From assembly GCF_009914755.1 (NCBI RefSeq), contig NC_060938.1: a stretch of DNA of 64,000 nt; one strand, written 5' to 3'. The stretch is from the human T2T-CHM13v2.0 reference genome, Homo sapiens. Position numbers and translations under genes: made by a program. Within the stretch, counting starts at the first letter, position 1, and the number at the start of each line of letters is the position of its first letter. Positions 1-15,169 of the stretch are shown one piece after another. A model generated the notes under the pieces. It made no database searches and was not told where the DNA came from. It saw only the letters and a program-made list of their open reading frames with translations.

Positions 1-18
1 AGCAGGCAGATTATAGGG

Positions 19-626
19 TGTTATATGTAAAAATGTTTGTTTAGAAATAGAATGCTCGTTCCCCAGTGCTGCAAAGAAACAGCACTTGAACATAAATTTA
101 ATTCTCTCAGTAAGGCCATTTTTACTTTCTGCAGAAAGGGTGCCCATCGCAAATGCAACAATGGCGAGAGCACATCTGAACAAAGGAGGGAAGCAATTTT
201 TATCCTGTACACAGTTTGTCCCTGGTACTGTGTCCTGTCTCCATTGGCTGGAGCCAGGCCTCACAATCTAAACTAAAACCCAACTGGCTAAAAGTTTAAA
301 ACTTTTCCAAATAGGTAAAAGTAATGGAAAGACAAAGGAAAAGAAGAAGTTGCTTTTGCCAAATAGGGAAGGGGCATAGGCTGTGAGCTGGGATATGCCT
401 GCGAGCACGTCCGGTACAGATATTTTGGTTAAAGTACAAAGACATGGAATGTATTACGTGCCTGTGAGCATGTTTAACAGCTACATAGGATAGGGCTTCA
501 CAAAGAGTTACTAGCACAAAGCAAGGAGTCTTGAAGGAAGTTAGTCTCTAAAAGAAACTATTTTTTTAACACGATTTATTCTTTAACAAGAAGGGAAACT
601 TTGAAGAGGAAGTTTTACTTCCTACA
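19..626 (-). mobile_element. Solo ERV1 LTR, LTR10-like (probably LTR10C)
   Basis: TG...CA termini flanked by 5-bp direct repeat TAGGG (14-18, 627-631). The minus strand starts TGTAGGAAGTAAAACTTCCTCTTCAAAGTTTCCCTTCTTGTTAAAGAATAAATC, which resembles the LTR10 5' end from memory. Confidence 0.7.
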
Positions 627-659
627 TAGGGAACTGAAGTTCAATATTCATTTATGATT

Positions 660-1285
<626 letters not shown>

Positions 1286-1477
1286 TAAAGTAAAATTTAC
1301 ATGTAGTAAATAGTATTTGGCCATAAAGGGAATGAATTACTGATACATGCTACAATGTGGATGAACTTTGAAAACAGTAAGCTAAGGGAAAAGAGGTAGA
1401 CATAAAGGGCCACCCACTACACAACTCCATCCACATGAAAGTCCAGAAGAGAGAAATCCATAGAGACAGAAAGTAAA

Positions 1478-1762
1478 GGCTGGGCACGGTGGCTCACGCC
1501 TGTAATCCCAGCACTTTGGGAGGCCAAGGCGGTGGAAGCCCTGAGGTGAGGAGTTCAAGACCATCCTGGCCAACATAGTGAAACCCCATCTCTACTAAAA
1601 ATACAAAAATTAGTTAGGTGTGGGGGTGCACGCCTGTAATCTCAGCTACTCGGCTGCTGAGGCAGGAGAATTGCTTGAACCTGGGAGGTGGAGGGTGCAG
1701 TGACCACTGCACTCCAGCCTGGGTGACAGAGCAAGACTCCATATCAAAAAAAATAATAATAA
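1478..1762 (+). mobile_element. Alu inserted in an old L1 3' fragment
   Basis: GGCTGGGCACGGTGGCTCACGCCTGTAATCCCAGC ... A-rich tail. Flanks (~1290-1780) look like an L1M 3' UTR. Confidence 0.9.
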
Positions 1763-2053
1763 TAGATTAGTGGTTGCCTAGATGACTTCTAACAAACGCA
1801 TACACCTACGAAGAGGGAGAACACCACCACCAATCCAGAATGTTCCCTCATGCCCTCTCCCGGCAAAGCCCCACCCCCACCCTACCCCAAAAGACATCCC
1901 CTGGTACGATTTCTTGCCTGTTCTAGAACACCACATAAAAGGAATCACAGCAGGTCCTGTTCTGTGGAAGGTCTCTTTTGCTCAGCATCATGTTTATAAA
2001 GTCATCCATATTGCTGCACGGATCGCTGGTTCATATTGATATTCATTAGATAA

Positions 2054-2930
<877 letters not shown>

Positions 2931-5900
2931 ACGGGCCACCGGGAATCGCTGCTGCGGTCGGGGGCTGCGACGCCACCAGCCCCAGGGTGGAGAGCGGCTT
3001 TCTGGGCGTCCGGGCAAGTCCATGCTCCGGGTGGGGAGGCCGAGGGGCCGAGGAAGTCGAGGGTCTGGACATTCGCTGCCCCGGAGCCGCGTGAGCCCGC
3101 CCCGCCCTGGAACGTCCTCCCAGGCGTTCTCGCCTTTGCAGCCCCCGCCTGACTGCGGACCCTCCACTCCCCACTCTCTCCTTCCATCCCCGCTTCCCTC
3201 TCCCTGCCCCTCCTCCTCCCCCGTCGTCAGCCTTGACAAAGGAGGGCGATGCCACCGCTTACCGCCAGAGGGCGCGCCGCGCCCCCCAAACGGACACTGA
3301 AGCGGGCGCCCCCTGGGCGAGCGGGGCGCAGGGGAAGAGGGGGCGGAGGGGGAGAGGAGGTGCAGGGACAGAGGGGGCCCAGGGGGCTTCCAGCCTCCTG
3401 CCTGGGTCCTGGTTTGGTTGCCCCCGCACCACCCAGCGCTTGCCCACCCTGCCTCAGTCTCCCCATCTCCCAGCCTCGGGGCTCCTCTGGCTGGCTGGGG
3501 CCCACCCTGGGGCAGAGCCGCTGGGTCTGGGGATGGGTAGCATCAAGATGCCTCGAAGTCCTGGCCTGGTCTTCAGGCTCCCTATAATTAGGACTCCACC
3601 CCCACCCCTACAGGAGCCTGTCCAGAAGGTCCTGGGCGTGGCTGGGGTGTCGTGGACACCTGCCATCTTTCCTGAACGCTGCAGACACCTGCGTCCCACT
3701 CCAGTGCAGGTGGCCTGGGCCCCTTCAAGGAATGGCTGGGAGTGGGAGGGTGGGCCTGGGGTTTCACGGCCCACACCTGAGGCCAGTCACACCCCGACTG
3801 GGCCAGGCAGAAGCTGCACAAACTTCACACTGGAAAGGTGGGGCCAAGGGCAGCCCCAGCCCACCTGCCAGCACCTCCCCATCCCCAGCATCTGCCGGGC
3901 ACAGTGGGGGCACACCTAACCTCCCCACCCCTACCCACTCTTGACATATAAGGCCTCAGCCAGGAAGTCCAGAAGGAGGGCGTGGACGGGGATCTGCACT
4001 GGAGGCCTCTACCACCTGTGAAGCCATCGGGCCTGTGGGCCGCAGGGCAGGACTCCCAGGTCTGGAGGGCCCTCAGGCTGGCCTCCATGAGGTGCCGCGA
4101 GGCTGGGGTACAGAGCTGAGTCCCCACAGCCCTCACCTCCCTGGCCCCTGCCCATCACAGCCTAGCTCCTCCTGGAGCCACCTCACCTCCCTGGGCCTCT
4201 GTTTCCCCCTCCGTAGAGCAGAGGTGTTGACAGCTTTCGCTTGGAAGGCTAAGCCAGTCTGTCTTTGCGGAGTCCACGTGCTGCCAGCACACAGTCCATG
4301 CTCCGGAGTCAGCATCCCACCACATGGTGGAGGGGATGTTCTGAAACCCCTCTTTGAAACTCACAGAACCTGGGGACAAAGCGGGGCAGCGTTTTGTCAG
4401 TGAGAAGTGGCCGCAGGAGGGGCCCAGTGACCAGCACCAGGTACAGGAGCAGACCCACGGCCCGGCCCACAGGCACCAGACACCCTGGGCACAACCGGGC
4501 CTGGGTTCCCTCTGACATGGGGCACCTGGACAGATACTTGAGCACAGCCAGGCCTTCAGATGACAGCCATCCCCGCAAGCATCTGACCACGTGCAAGACC
4601 CCGCACCTGAGCTTCCCAAATGAGCCCCTCCTAAATGCCAACTCCAGAAACCATGAAATAATTGTCCACTGTTTACGCATCGGAGCCGCTGGCCATGCAG
4701 CAAAGGGACCAAGCTGCTGGCGCGCACAGGTTCATCTCCCAGTGGCTCCTGCTGTCGAGGGCTGCCCCCCTGCTCCCCTCCTGCAGGGCTTGTTCCCAGC
4801 AGGTGCATCCTCTAGCTGGGCCTGGAGACCCGGCGCCACGTGGCACAGCGGTGACTCTACAGCACCCTCGTGTGCGGCTCTAGGTGCTCCCACCCGCCTC
4901 TCTCCCGGCTCAGCCTGGGCACCTTTCTCCTGGTCGCTGTGTCCCAGCACTCTCCCCTTAGGAGGCTTGGGCTGGCAGTTGTGAACGTTTCCGACCGGGC
5001 TGTCCTGGCTCCCCACCAAGTGTGTGTCCACCCCTCCCACCATGGCTGCTCCCCACGTTGGCTCAGGGAGCCCCTGAGGAGGTCCATGGCGTCCCAAGCC
5101 CACCAATGCCCACCACTGCTTTCAGCTTCCTCGTGCTCGCCAGCCACCAGGTTGGTGGTCTCTTCCTGCCCACTCTTATTTTGTGTTCCAGGGGAACATG
5201 CTGCCACCAGGCTTTACTGTGGACAGTGTCCTCTGTGTCTCCGGTTGTGCAATCTCGGTGGCTCATGTTTTACAGGGGGGTTGGGGAGAGCCAAGCCCGT
5301 GATCACTTCTCCCGCATCCTTCTCCATATGGAGAGGTTACGATATCTAGCCTCAGAACCACAGTCGTCTCATGCTCAAGGCCTGTGGGCCAGGAATCCCG
5401 AGCTGGTGGTATTGAGCCAGGAATCCCGAACTGGTGATATGCACTGTTGCTTTTCCAAACAGAAAAAGAACAAAAACTTGTAGTCCAACCCAGTCGACTC
5501 CTTAAACTACCTCTTCGAAACTCACAGAACCTGAGGACAAAGCAGGGCAGTGTGTTTATATGAAGTTGATAAACTTAAAAGACAGCTGTGAAGCCATGAA
5601 AATCCATGGAAGAACCCTAAATGCATATTACTGAGTGAAAGAAGCCAGTCTGAAGAGGCCACATACTATATGATTCCAACTCTAGGACATCCCAGAGAAG
5701 GGGAAATTACGGAGACAGTAAAAGGACCCGTAGTTGCCAGGGTTAGCGGGGGGGAAGGGATGAATCGCAGAGCATGGAGGGTGTTTACGGTAGAGAGGGC
5801 AAACCGGTGCAGCCACTGTGGAGACCAGAATGGCGATATTTCAAACAGTATTTCAAAAACTTATATTAGAATTGCCACATCATCCGGACATTTCACTTCT

Positions 5901-6019
5901 GGGTATTCGCCCAAGAACTGAGTGCAAGGACTTGAACAGATATCTGCACACCCGTGTCCACAGCAGCATCATTCACCAACACACGAAGGTAGAAGCAGCC
6001 CAGGTGCTCACGGATGGAT

Positions 6020-6533
6020 GAACCTGGTGTATCCAGGCCTGGCGCGGCGGCTGGGCGAACCTGGTGTATCCAGGCCGGGCGAGGCGGCTGGGCGAACCTG
6101 GTGTATCCAGGCCGGGCGAGGCGGCTGGGCGAACCTGGTGTATCCAGGCCTGGCGAGGCGGCTGGGCGAACCTGGTGTATCCAGGCCGGGCGAGGCGGCT
6201 GGGCGAACCTGGTGTATCCAGGCCGGGCGAGGCGGCTGGGCGAACCTGGTGTATCCAGGCCTGGCAAGGCGGCTGGGCGAACCTGGTGTATCCAGGCCGG
6301 GCGAGGCGGCTGGGCGAACCTGGTGTATCCAGGCCTGGCGAGGCGGCTGGGCGAACCTGGTGTATCCAGGCCGGGCGAGGCGGCTGGGCGAACCTGGTGT
6401 ATCCAGGCCTGGCGAGGCGGCTGGGCGAACCTGGTGTATCCAGGCCGGGCGAGGTGGCTGGGCGAACCTGGTGTATCCAGGCCTGGTGAGGCGGCTGGGC
6501 GAACCTGGTGTATCCAGGCCGAGCGAGGTGGCT
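6020..6533. repeat. 37-bp minisatellite, 13 full units plus a partial 14th
   Basis: Unit GAACCTGGTGTATCCAGGCC(G/T)GGCGAGGCGGCTGGGC at 6020, 6057 ... 6501. Confidence 0.98.
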
Positions 6534-6813
6534 CACGCCTGCCTGTAATCCCATCACATGGAAGGCCAAGACGGGTGGACCGCTTGAACTCAGGAGTGCA
6601 AGACCAACCTGGCCAACAGGTGAAAATCCATCAATACAAAAAATACGAAAATTAGCTAAACATGCTGGTGTGCGCCTGTAGTCCCAGCTACTCAGGAGGC
6701 TGAAGTGGGAGGATTGCTTGAGCCCAGGGAGGTCGAGGCTGCAGTGAGCCATAATGGCGCCACTGCACTCCATCCTGGGCAACAGAGCGAGACCCTGTCT
6801 CAAAAAGAAAAAA
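6517..6813 (+). mobile_element. Alu (AluJ-like) with TSD TGG(T/C)GTATCCA
   Basis: Alu head GGCCGAGCGAGGTGGCTCACGCC and A tail; TSD copies at 6506-6516 and 6815-6825. Confidence 0.9.
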
Positions 6814-7320
6814 GTGGCGTATCCATCAAGGGGAATATTATCCAGCCTCAACAACACCAACAACAACAACAAACACAGGAGGTCCTGACACAGGCTGCCA
6901 CACAGCTCAGGCTTGAAGACATTATGCTGAGGGAAAGAACCGACACAAAAGGGCAAGTGCTGCCTGACTCCATGTTTGTGAGGCTCCCAGAGCAGTCAAA
7001 ACCGCAGAGACAGAAAGCAGAATGGAGGGTGCCAGGCTGGGGGAAGGAGGGTGTGGGGAGTTTGTGTTTGCTGTTTCAGAGTTTCCGTTTGGGAAGGTCA
7101 AAAAGTTCTGGAGATTGGTTGCACAACAATGCGAATGTACTTACTGCCACTGAACTTGAACTGTACCTTGAAACATGGGAAGACGGTGTGGAAACAAGCC
7201 CCCAGTCAGCTGGTCTGGCAGCTGATTTGATGCAGATCAAGAGGGAAGTGAGGAATCGATAGGGAAGACTGTGATCACCCCTGATCGGCACAGACAGATA
7301 GGAGGTGTTAAGGGGGTTCA

Positions 7321-8336
<1,016 letters not shown>

Positions 8337-9617
8337 TCAGAATGCTGAAGGAGAACTTGCTGGAGGCAGACCCCGCGAACGGCAAGAACAGGAGCAGATG
8401 ACCGTCTCTGAAGTGCCGAGGCAGAGGCAGCAGCCGGACCCACACGCCCTGCTCCACTCCCACTTACGGGTGTGGGAGAAGCATCAGATCAGCAAAATGA
8501 CTGCGCCACCACCCAGCTCCTTAGCAGAGCAACCTCCACAGAATACAGCTCAGAAAGAGGGGACGCCTGGGCTGCCAGAAAGAGTGGGGTGCAAACATGT
8601 GCAAACCTCAACGGGTGCTGGCTGTGTGCAACAAAGCCCTGTGGAAAGTGGAGGGTGATAAAGGCAAGGCAGACCTGAGTATTGGGCAGTCGTAATGATC
8701 TGTGAGCCAGGAGGGGCGTGATCAGGAGGAGGATGGAAACACTGGCTATCTTTGAATTCTAAATATACTTGTTAAAATTCTAAGAGTGACTATTTTAAAA
8801 TAGAAATAGAGCATATAACTTCCACTTAACTCTCCAAGGAAAAAATAGAATGTCAGACTGAGCCAGAGCCATGGAAGAGTGCTCAGGCAGCGGGAGCTAC
8901 ACGTGCAAAGGCCCTGGGGAAGGAGGGAAGAGGCGCATGCCTGGCACTGATGTCAGTGCGGCTGGAGGCAGACGGGCGCAGAAAGGGGTCTGAGACGTGG
9001 CTGAAGGCAGCAGGACCAGACAGGATGGGGCCTCAGGGCCGTGGTTCTGAGCTTCATTCCAACAGCAGGAAAAGGGAGGCATGTTTGTAACCTGCAGGGA
9101 GGCGGGAGCCATGGACAGGATTGCATCTGTGACTTGCCAGCATCCCGCCGGCTCCCATGGGAGCAGACTGCCCTCAGGCCCCAGCGGAGGGAGGGAGAAC
9201 AGACAGAACAATTTTGGCCCCTGGACATGGTGGCGGCAGGGGAGGTGGTGAGCAATGCAGGAAGGGAGACTTAGGAAGCAGTGCCTAGCTCCTCGGTGTG
9301 GAGGCAGTGAGGGGAGGGAAGAACACGGAGAGAGGCTGGCTCGGGGCTTGACAAAGTGGTGGGGTGTCCCACGGGAGGCAAAAGCAGATGGTGGGGGCGG
9401 GCGAGAGAGTCACGGTTCTTTCAGCCTCATCAAGTGTGTGTTTCTGAGGACGTGGAGGGCGGTGGGAGGCTGACGGTGCACAGACAGCGCGGGAGCGGGG
9501 GCGGGGGGCAGTCTTCATAGATGAGATGGGGCACGGCCCCTCCGGAGAGGAGGCCTCTCCTCGGGGAGAGGAGGGGATGACAGAGGCAGAGGTGGGGCAG
9601 CCAGGGAGGTAGGAGGG

Positions 9618-9950
9618 TGCTATGGACTGAAGTGTGGCCCCCCCAAATCCTTATGTCAAGCCGCAACCCCCAATGTGACTGATTTGGAAATAGGGTCTTT
9701 AGAAGGTAACTACGACCTTTACGAAGTCATAAGGGTGGGCCCTAATCCAACAGGGCTGTGGCCTTCCAAGAAGAGGAGGAGACACCAGAGGTGGGCGCAG
9801 CAAGGCCGGGAGAAGGTTTCATGAGAAACCAGCTCTGACACTGGTGGCACCTTGATCTTGGACTTCCAGGCTCCAGAGCTGTGAGAAAATAAAGGTCTAT
9901 CGTCTAAGCTGCCCAGGCTGAGGTCTTCTGTTACGGTAACTTGGGCTCAC
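9618..9950 (+). mobile_element. MaLR LTR (MLT1A/B-like)
   Basis: TGCTATGGACTGAA...CCCCCAATGTGACTGATTTGGAAATAGGGTCTTT...CCTTGATCTTGGACTTCCAG...GAGAAAATAAA. Confidence 0.8.
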
Positions 9951-10388
9951 TCATCCAGAGGGGAACCAAAAGCATGTGGGGTCCTGGCACCCACAGGCAA
10001 GCGCTGTCAAGAAAGAGGAAGCAGAAAGCATGTGCATGGCTGCTCCTTCAGAGCCTGCAGAAAACTGTGCAGACAGGGCACGGGCACAAACCCATGTGAG
10101 CAGAGAAGCATCTCTCCGGGTGCACACCCGCACTGCTGAGATGCACCTGCCCCCGCAGGGCTCAGATGTTCCCTGTGAGAGCAGTGCCATCCCCCACGCC
10201 TCCTGAGGCTGCCTGGGTCCCATAATGGCCACCGTGCCATCTCCTATCCCACAAGCCCTCCTAACCCTGCCTCTCCCTCGTCAAGAGGCAGGGGCTGTGT
10301 CCCCTCCCCTTGAGCCTGGCCAGGCCTTTGGGTCTCTGCTGACAGAGGATAGCAGAAGTGAGCTGGGTTAGCTTGGTGCATTACAGTT

Positions 10389-10679
10389 GCTCACGCCTGT
10401 AATCCCAGCACTTTGGGAGGCCGAGGCAAGACGGTCACTTGAGCGGAGGAATTCAAGACCAGCCTGGGCAACATAGTGAGACCCCCCTCTCTAAAAAAAA
10501 AAAAAAAATTGTTTTAATTAGCCAGGCATGGTGACACACATCTGTAGTCCCAGCTACTCACAAGGCTGAAGCAGGAGGATCGCTTGAGCCTAGGAGGTCA
10601 AGGCTGTAGTGAGCCATGATTGCACCACTGCACTCCAACCTGGGCAACAGAGCAAGACCCTCTCTCAAAAAAAAAAAAA
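10389..10679 (+). mobile_element. Alu (AluJ-like)
   Basis: GCTCACGCCTGTAATCCCAGC ... GAGGATCGCTTGAGCC ... poly-A. Confidence 0.9.
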
Positions 10680-10708
10680 GGGACTGGGTGACTTGCAAGG
10701 CTATGTTC

Positions 10709-11155
10709 TGTCAACTGACAAAAAATAGACCAACACTGTAGATCAGGAAACAAAAGAGAAGGAGGGCCTCAGGAACTGCGGTTCAGGAGACACAGATCTA
10801 GCAAGGAGCTCAAACGTGTCTGTGCGGGGGAGGCCGGGCAGGGGCTTACAAAGGTTTGCTGTGAGTCTACACATCCGGAAGCTGTTGGCATGGTCCATGA
10901 CCGACGGTGGGGGCTTAACAGCTTAGGACAGCTCTGGCTGATGATCAATCTAGTCAGGTGTGCCTGTCTCCAGGAGACCAGTGATCAGGCCCGGTGTGAA
11001 TGGTTCAAATCAAATGCAGCTGGTTCACGATCCGGCCCAGGTCAACAGATCAATTCTATCTGGCGAGTTGGACGGGGTCCAGCTCCTCTTGCCCTCCCAG
11101 TTCCTTTTTAGATAGCCCTGACATAACCATCTCCATTACGGATTTTCTTTTCACA
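10709..11155. mobile_element. Probable ERV1-class solo LTR nested in an MLT1-like LTR (~10220-11410)
   Basis: TG...CA ends with near-matching 4-bp flanks (GTTC/GCTC); surrounding sequence resembles MLT1. Family not assignable. Confidence 0.45.
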
Positions 11156-11608
11156 GCTCTGGAGTCCACGCACCTCCATCTTGTTCTCCTGGGAGGCTGA
11201 CTTGGGCTCCAGCCACCATGCCGAGTGAACCATGACAGAGGTGGCCCTCCAGCCCCCACTCGGGCACCCCGGCTGATGCCACGTGGACAGAGATGAGACA
11301 GTCCTGCTGAGCCCTGCCCAAATTGCAGATTTGGGAGCAAAATGCATGGTCTCTGGGATTTACGTCTGAGGGTCATTTGTGACGCAGCAACAAACAGATG
11401 CATTTTGCCGGTGGCGCATCCGCCCACGACGGAGCCTGGCTCAGCTCTGCAGGTGCGCTGCACCACCCCTGGTGTCCTGGCGTCACTGGTACCTGTTTCT
11501 CTCTCAAAGCTGTCCTGGTTTGGAAGATGAGTGGTACAGCCATCCCATCAATGCGAAACCAAAGGCCCCCTGAGGCAGCCCCCACAATTGAAGAGCAGGC
11601 TGCCCTCA

Positions 11609-11863
<255 letters not shown>

Positions 11864-12699
11864 TCATAGCTTGACTTCCAGAGTCTTCCTGTCTGCCCGG
11901 TGCTGGTCGGTGGTCTCTGGAAGCCCTCCAGCTGCCACCTTCCTTTCTGTCCCTCCCCGGGAGGGATATGCAGGCCCAGAGGAGGTGACTCCAGGCGGGT
12001 GGTCCCAGAGGAAGGGGACTCCACCCTTCCCCTGAGTAGTGGGGAATGTGGCTTCACCCTTCCCCTGCATAGTGGGGAATGTTTGGGATCTGCTGGGAGG
12101 GGTCTGCCATGGGGGCAGTGTGGGAAGGTACTCAGAAACCACCAGCACCCCCCACCCTGGTGGCCCTGGATTCTGGTGGGGCCACTGGAAGCCCGGACCC
12201 ATGCAGGTCTCAGCAACATCACCCCCTCCACAGTGAGATCCGTGTCAGAGTGACCCGCCCCAACCAGTCCCAGGGCTCCCTGCTTCTCAGACCCTCCCTC
12301 CTTCCCAGCCCAGAGCCCCTCCCTCCAAAGCTTCCCTTCTCCTACTCCACCCCTGCTGTGGGGAGAAAAGACCTGCAGAGTACCCCAACAAGCCCTCTGC
12401 ACTGGGGGAGGGGTGCACGTCCACTCACCCAGAAGGGGATTGGGAACCAGAAGCCAGGTGAGCCTCCCTGAGATCACAGGGCCTGATTCCGGGACCCCAG
12501 TGTCCAACACCTGCCCCCCCAGGGTGCTCCACAGCCCCTGCCTACACCTCAACCCCCCTCCACCTCCACATCTGTTCAGGTGATGTCCAACACCACCCGA
12601 ATCTTACTGACCACTGGTGAGAAAGGGAGGGGCGAGGTTGGCCTCTGCATGGTAAAGCTGGGTAAACTGAGGCAGCACGTTCTGGGCAGCCCAGGACGC

Positions 12700-13250
12700 C
12701 CAGGTTCCCGCCAGCCCACGGCCTCTCCCGCCTTGCACGGGCTTCACAGTTTGCCAGCGAGGGCACAAACGGGGGCTCCGCGGGCCGGCGACTCACCGCG
12801 CCTTCCCTACCCCGCCCCAGTTTCTCCCATGGAGCTGGTCTGCAGGCCCGGCATCCACACGCCCCACCGCACTGCACCGCTCTGCAGGTCGCTGGCGCCT
12901 GTTCTGGCCTCGCTGGGACCCCCACCCAGACGCACCCCACAGCCAACTCCACCGGACCCACGCTGCCCGAGTATTTTTAGCAGAGGGTCAGATGCCTCTT
13001 AAACCTCAGCTGAGACGTGAATTTCCTCCCTGACAGCTGCGGCCAGGAGCCGCACGTCCTGCCTGGCGGGCGTGGGCGGTTCTGACCTCGGAGGCACAGC
13101 TGCAGGGTCTGCAGTCCTCTGGGAACTTCCTCCTCCCAGGTGCCCCGATTTGGGCTCCCTGGGTGCCTCCGCCCCAGGCCGCCCACCAGGCGCTCACTTG
13201 CCCGGTCCTCCGTCTGGAGCCCCTCCCGATGGCCGTCGCCACCCACTCTC
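12700..13250. promoter_or_regulatory. CpG-rich patch, candidate promoter or enhancer
   Basis: Locally raised CpG outside repeats; minus-strand donor GCG|GTGAGT (plus-strand ACTCACCGC, 12791-12799). Confidence 0.4.
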
Positions 13251-14379
13251 CTTCTCTGTCTGGAAGCTTGGAGAGCAAGAGCAGAGGCCTGGGTTCAGAT
13301 TCTCAGGGATCTGGGTTCAAGTCCTGCCCCCACCCCCCTGCACTTGGGAAAGCTGCTACCTCTCAGAACCCGTTTCCTCCACTGTGAAGTGGAAGGAAAA
13401 TTGCCCACCTGGGGGCTGTTGCGACTATAACCAGCCAGCGGTGCCTGCAGCACCCACAGACCCCCAGGCGTCTTCAGGGCTCCCTGTGCCCCCAGCCAGC
13501 GCCAGGAGCCTGCAGGACTGAGAGGGGCCCTGGCAGGGCTGCACAGATATTCAGATGTTCAGACCTGAGGCCCAAGACCTGCCTGCCAGGACAGGGACGC
13601 TCCTGCCTGGGGATGCTGGGGTCCCAGAAAGTGAGAAGCAGTGGCCCAGCGCCCTCTGCTCTCACTTCCTCCCCACCAAGCACAAGTACTAATTACGCAC
13701 ACCTCAGCTCCCCGGGGGGGCCAGGAGGAAAGTGCCCGGCAGAGCCCTCCGTCCTACCCCGTGCAGCCTGGGTCTCCCTCCACGGGCCCAGCCTCTTCCA
13801 CTGCTGCTTTCAGTTACCCGGCTTTGTAGGCGCAAACACCCTGTCTGTTTTCTTCTTTCTCAAGCCATCTTAGCTGCTTTTGATCTGTATTCTTCCATGT
13901 AAAATGTAGACTACATTTATTTATTTCTTTAAAAAAAAATTGAAGCCCAAATGAGACTCCAATTAGAATTGCATTGAATTTATTATGTCCCCATAATTCT
14001 CTGGGGAGAATTATGTGTTTATAACATTACGTTTTCCTGTCCGTTCTGTTAGGCTTGCTAAGTAAGCTGACATGTGATCTGCAAATGATGGCAGATGACT
14101 GTGTGAGGTGGCCTTGGGAATGTCATGGCTCCTCTCCACAGCACTCTCCTTCACATTCCAGAAAATTCTCTCCACCAGGCATGCCTTTGGCCAGCCCTGG
14201 GACATGTACTGCCCCTTGAGGTTTCCAGCACTCTGCCCTACCTTTATAAAGAGCCCCTTTGTTAAACACTGCTGCAAGTAACCTGCTCTAAATGTGGGTC
14301 TCTTTCCTGCTGGGACCCTGATAGATCTAAGGGTTTCTCCCAGGAATTCAAGGAAGGTTTAATATCAGAATCTGATCCG

Positions 14380-14950
14380 TGCAAATACCATCTGAATAGA
14401 TGACAGGGCAAAAAGTGTCCCAATGTCTCAAGTGATGCCATCGGTGACTTTTTAAAAATTTCTGGGCAAATTAGAAATTGAAACAAATGAAATATTTCTA
14501 ATTTGATAAAATTGTTCACCAAAAACCCACCACAAAAATACATTTATGGAAACAGTTGTTGCCAGGAGTTCGGGAAAGAGGAAATGGTTGGATCGGTGGA
14601 GCACAGGGGGGGTTTTAGGGCTGTGAAACTAACGTGAACGACATTGTAATGGCAGAGACACGACACTGTGCATCTGTCAAAACCCACAGAACTTCACAGC
14701 AAGAGTGAGCCTTAATGTATGCAAATTTTAAAGCTCAGTCAAGAGGCTGGGGGTCTAGGACGGAAGGCGGGCCGTGTGTGGCGAGAGCCTCTGGCTGTAT
14801 CACAGACCCAGGGAGCAGCTGTATTACAGACGTAGGGAGGGGCTGGGGGATGGGGCTGACCTGGGTACCCTCACAAACGACGAAGTCTGTGAAGCCAAAA
14901 GCAAATGGACCCGCACATGAGCCCTGTACCCTGGCAGACACACGCTTCTG
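14380..14950 (+). mobile_element. Old L1 fragments
   Basis: TTGCCAGGAGTT..., CATCTGTCAAAACCCACAGAACT...AAGAGTGAGCCTTAATGTA (L1M 3' UTR-like). Confidence 0.6.
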
Positions 14951-15169
14951 CCGCGGGGTACAGGTGAGCAGTCCCTACACCGCTCCCCCTGCACACTGCA
15001 GCTTAGCGATTAGGTCCATGGATGGTGGGTGGTGGGGCAGGTTCCTCACTGTGGGGTGGGAGCTACAGACAAGCAGGGGCAGGGGCCAGAACGACCCACA
15101 CGGACCAGGGTCAGGGTCGAGACAGCAGCACCAGCTCCTTCCTGTGGGCTCCCTCTCCATGCGGGCGGA

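Larger units (their letters stand above)
5575..7165 (+). mobile_element. Old L1 (L1M) 3' fragments interrupted by a VNTR and an Alu
   Basis: L1 3' motifs: TTACTGAGTGAAAGAAGCCAGTCTG, CTTGAAGACATTATGCTGAG, AAAAGTTCTGGAGAT...CACAACAATGCGAATGTACTT. Confidence 0.75.

Noticed and set aside
6020-6533. 37-bp palindromic repeats resembling a CRISPR array
   Set aside because: Units are contiguous with no unique spacers, there are no cas genes, and the context is primate Alu/L1. It is a minisatellite.
5893-6956. Long ORFs on both strands (up to 327 aa)
   Set aside because: A stop-free 37-mer read through all frames plus antisense Alu; the peptides are periodic with no coding signature.
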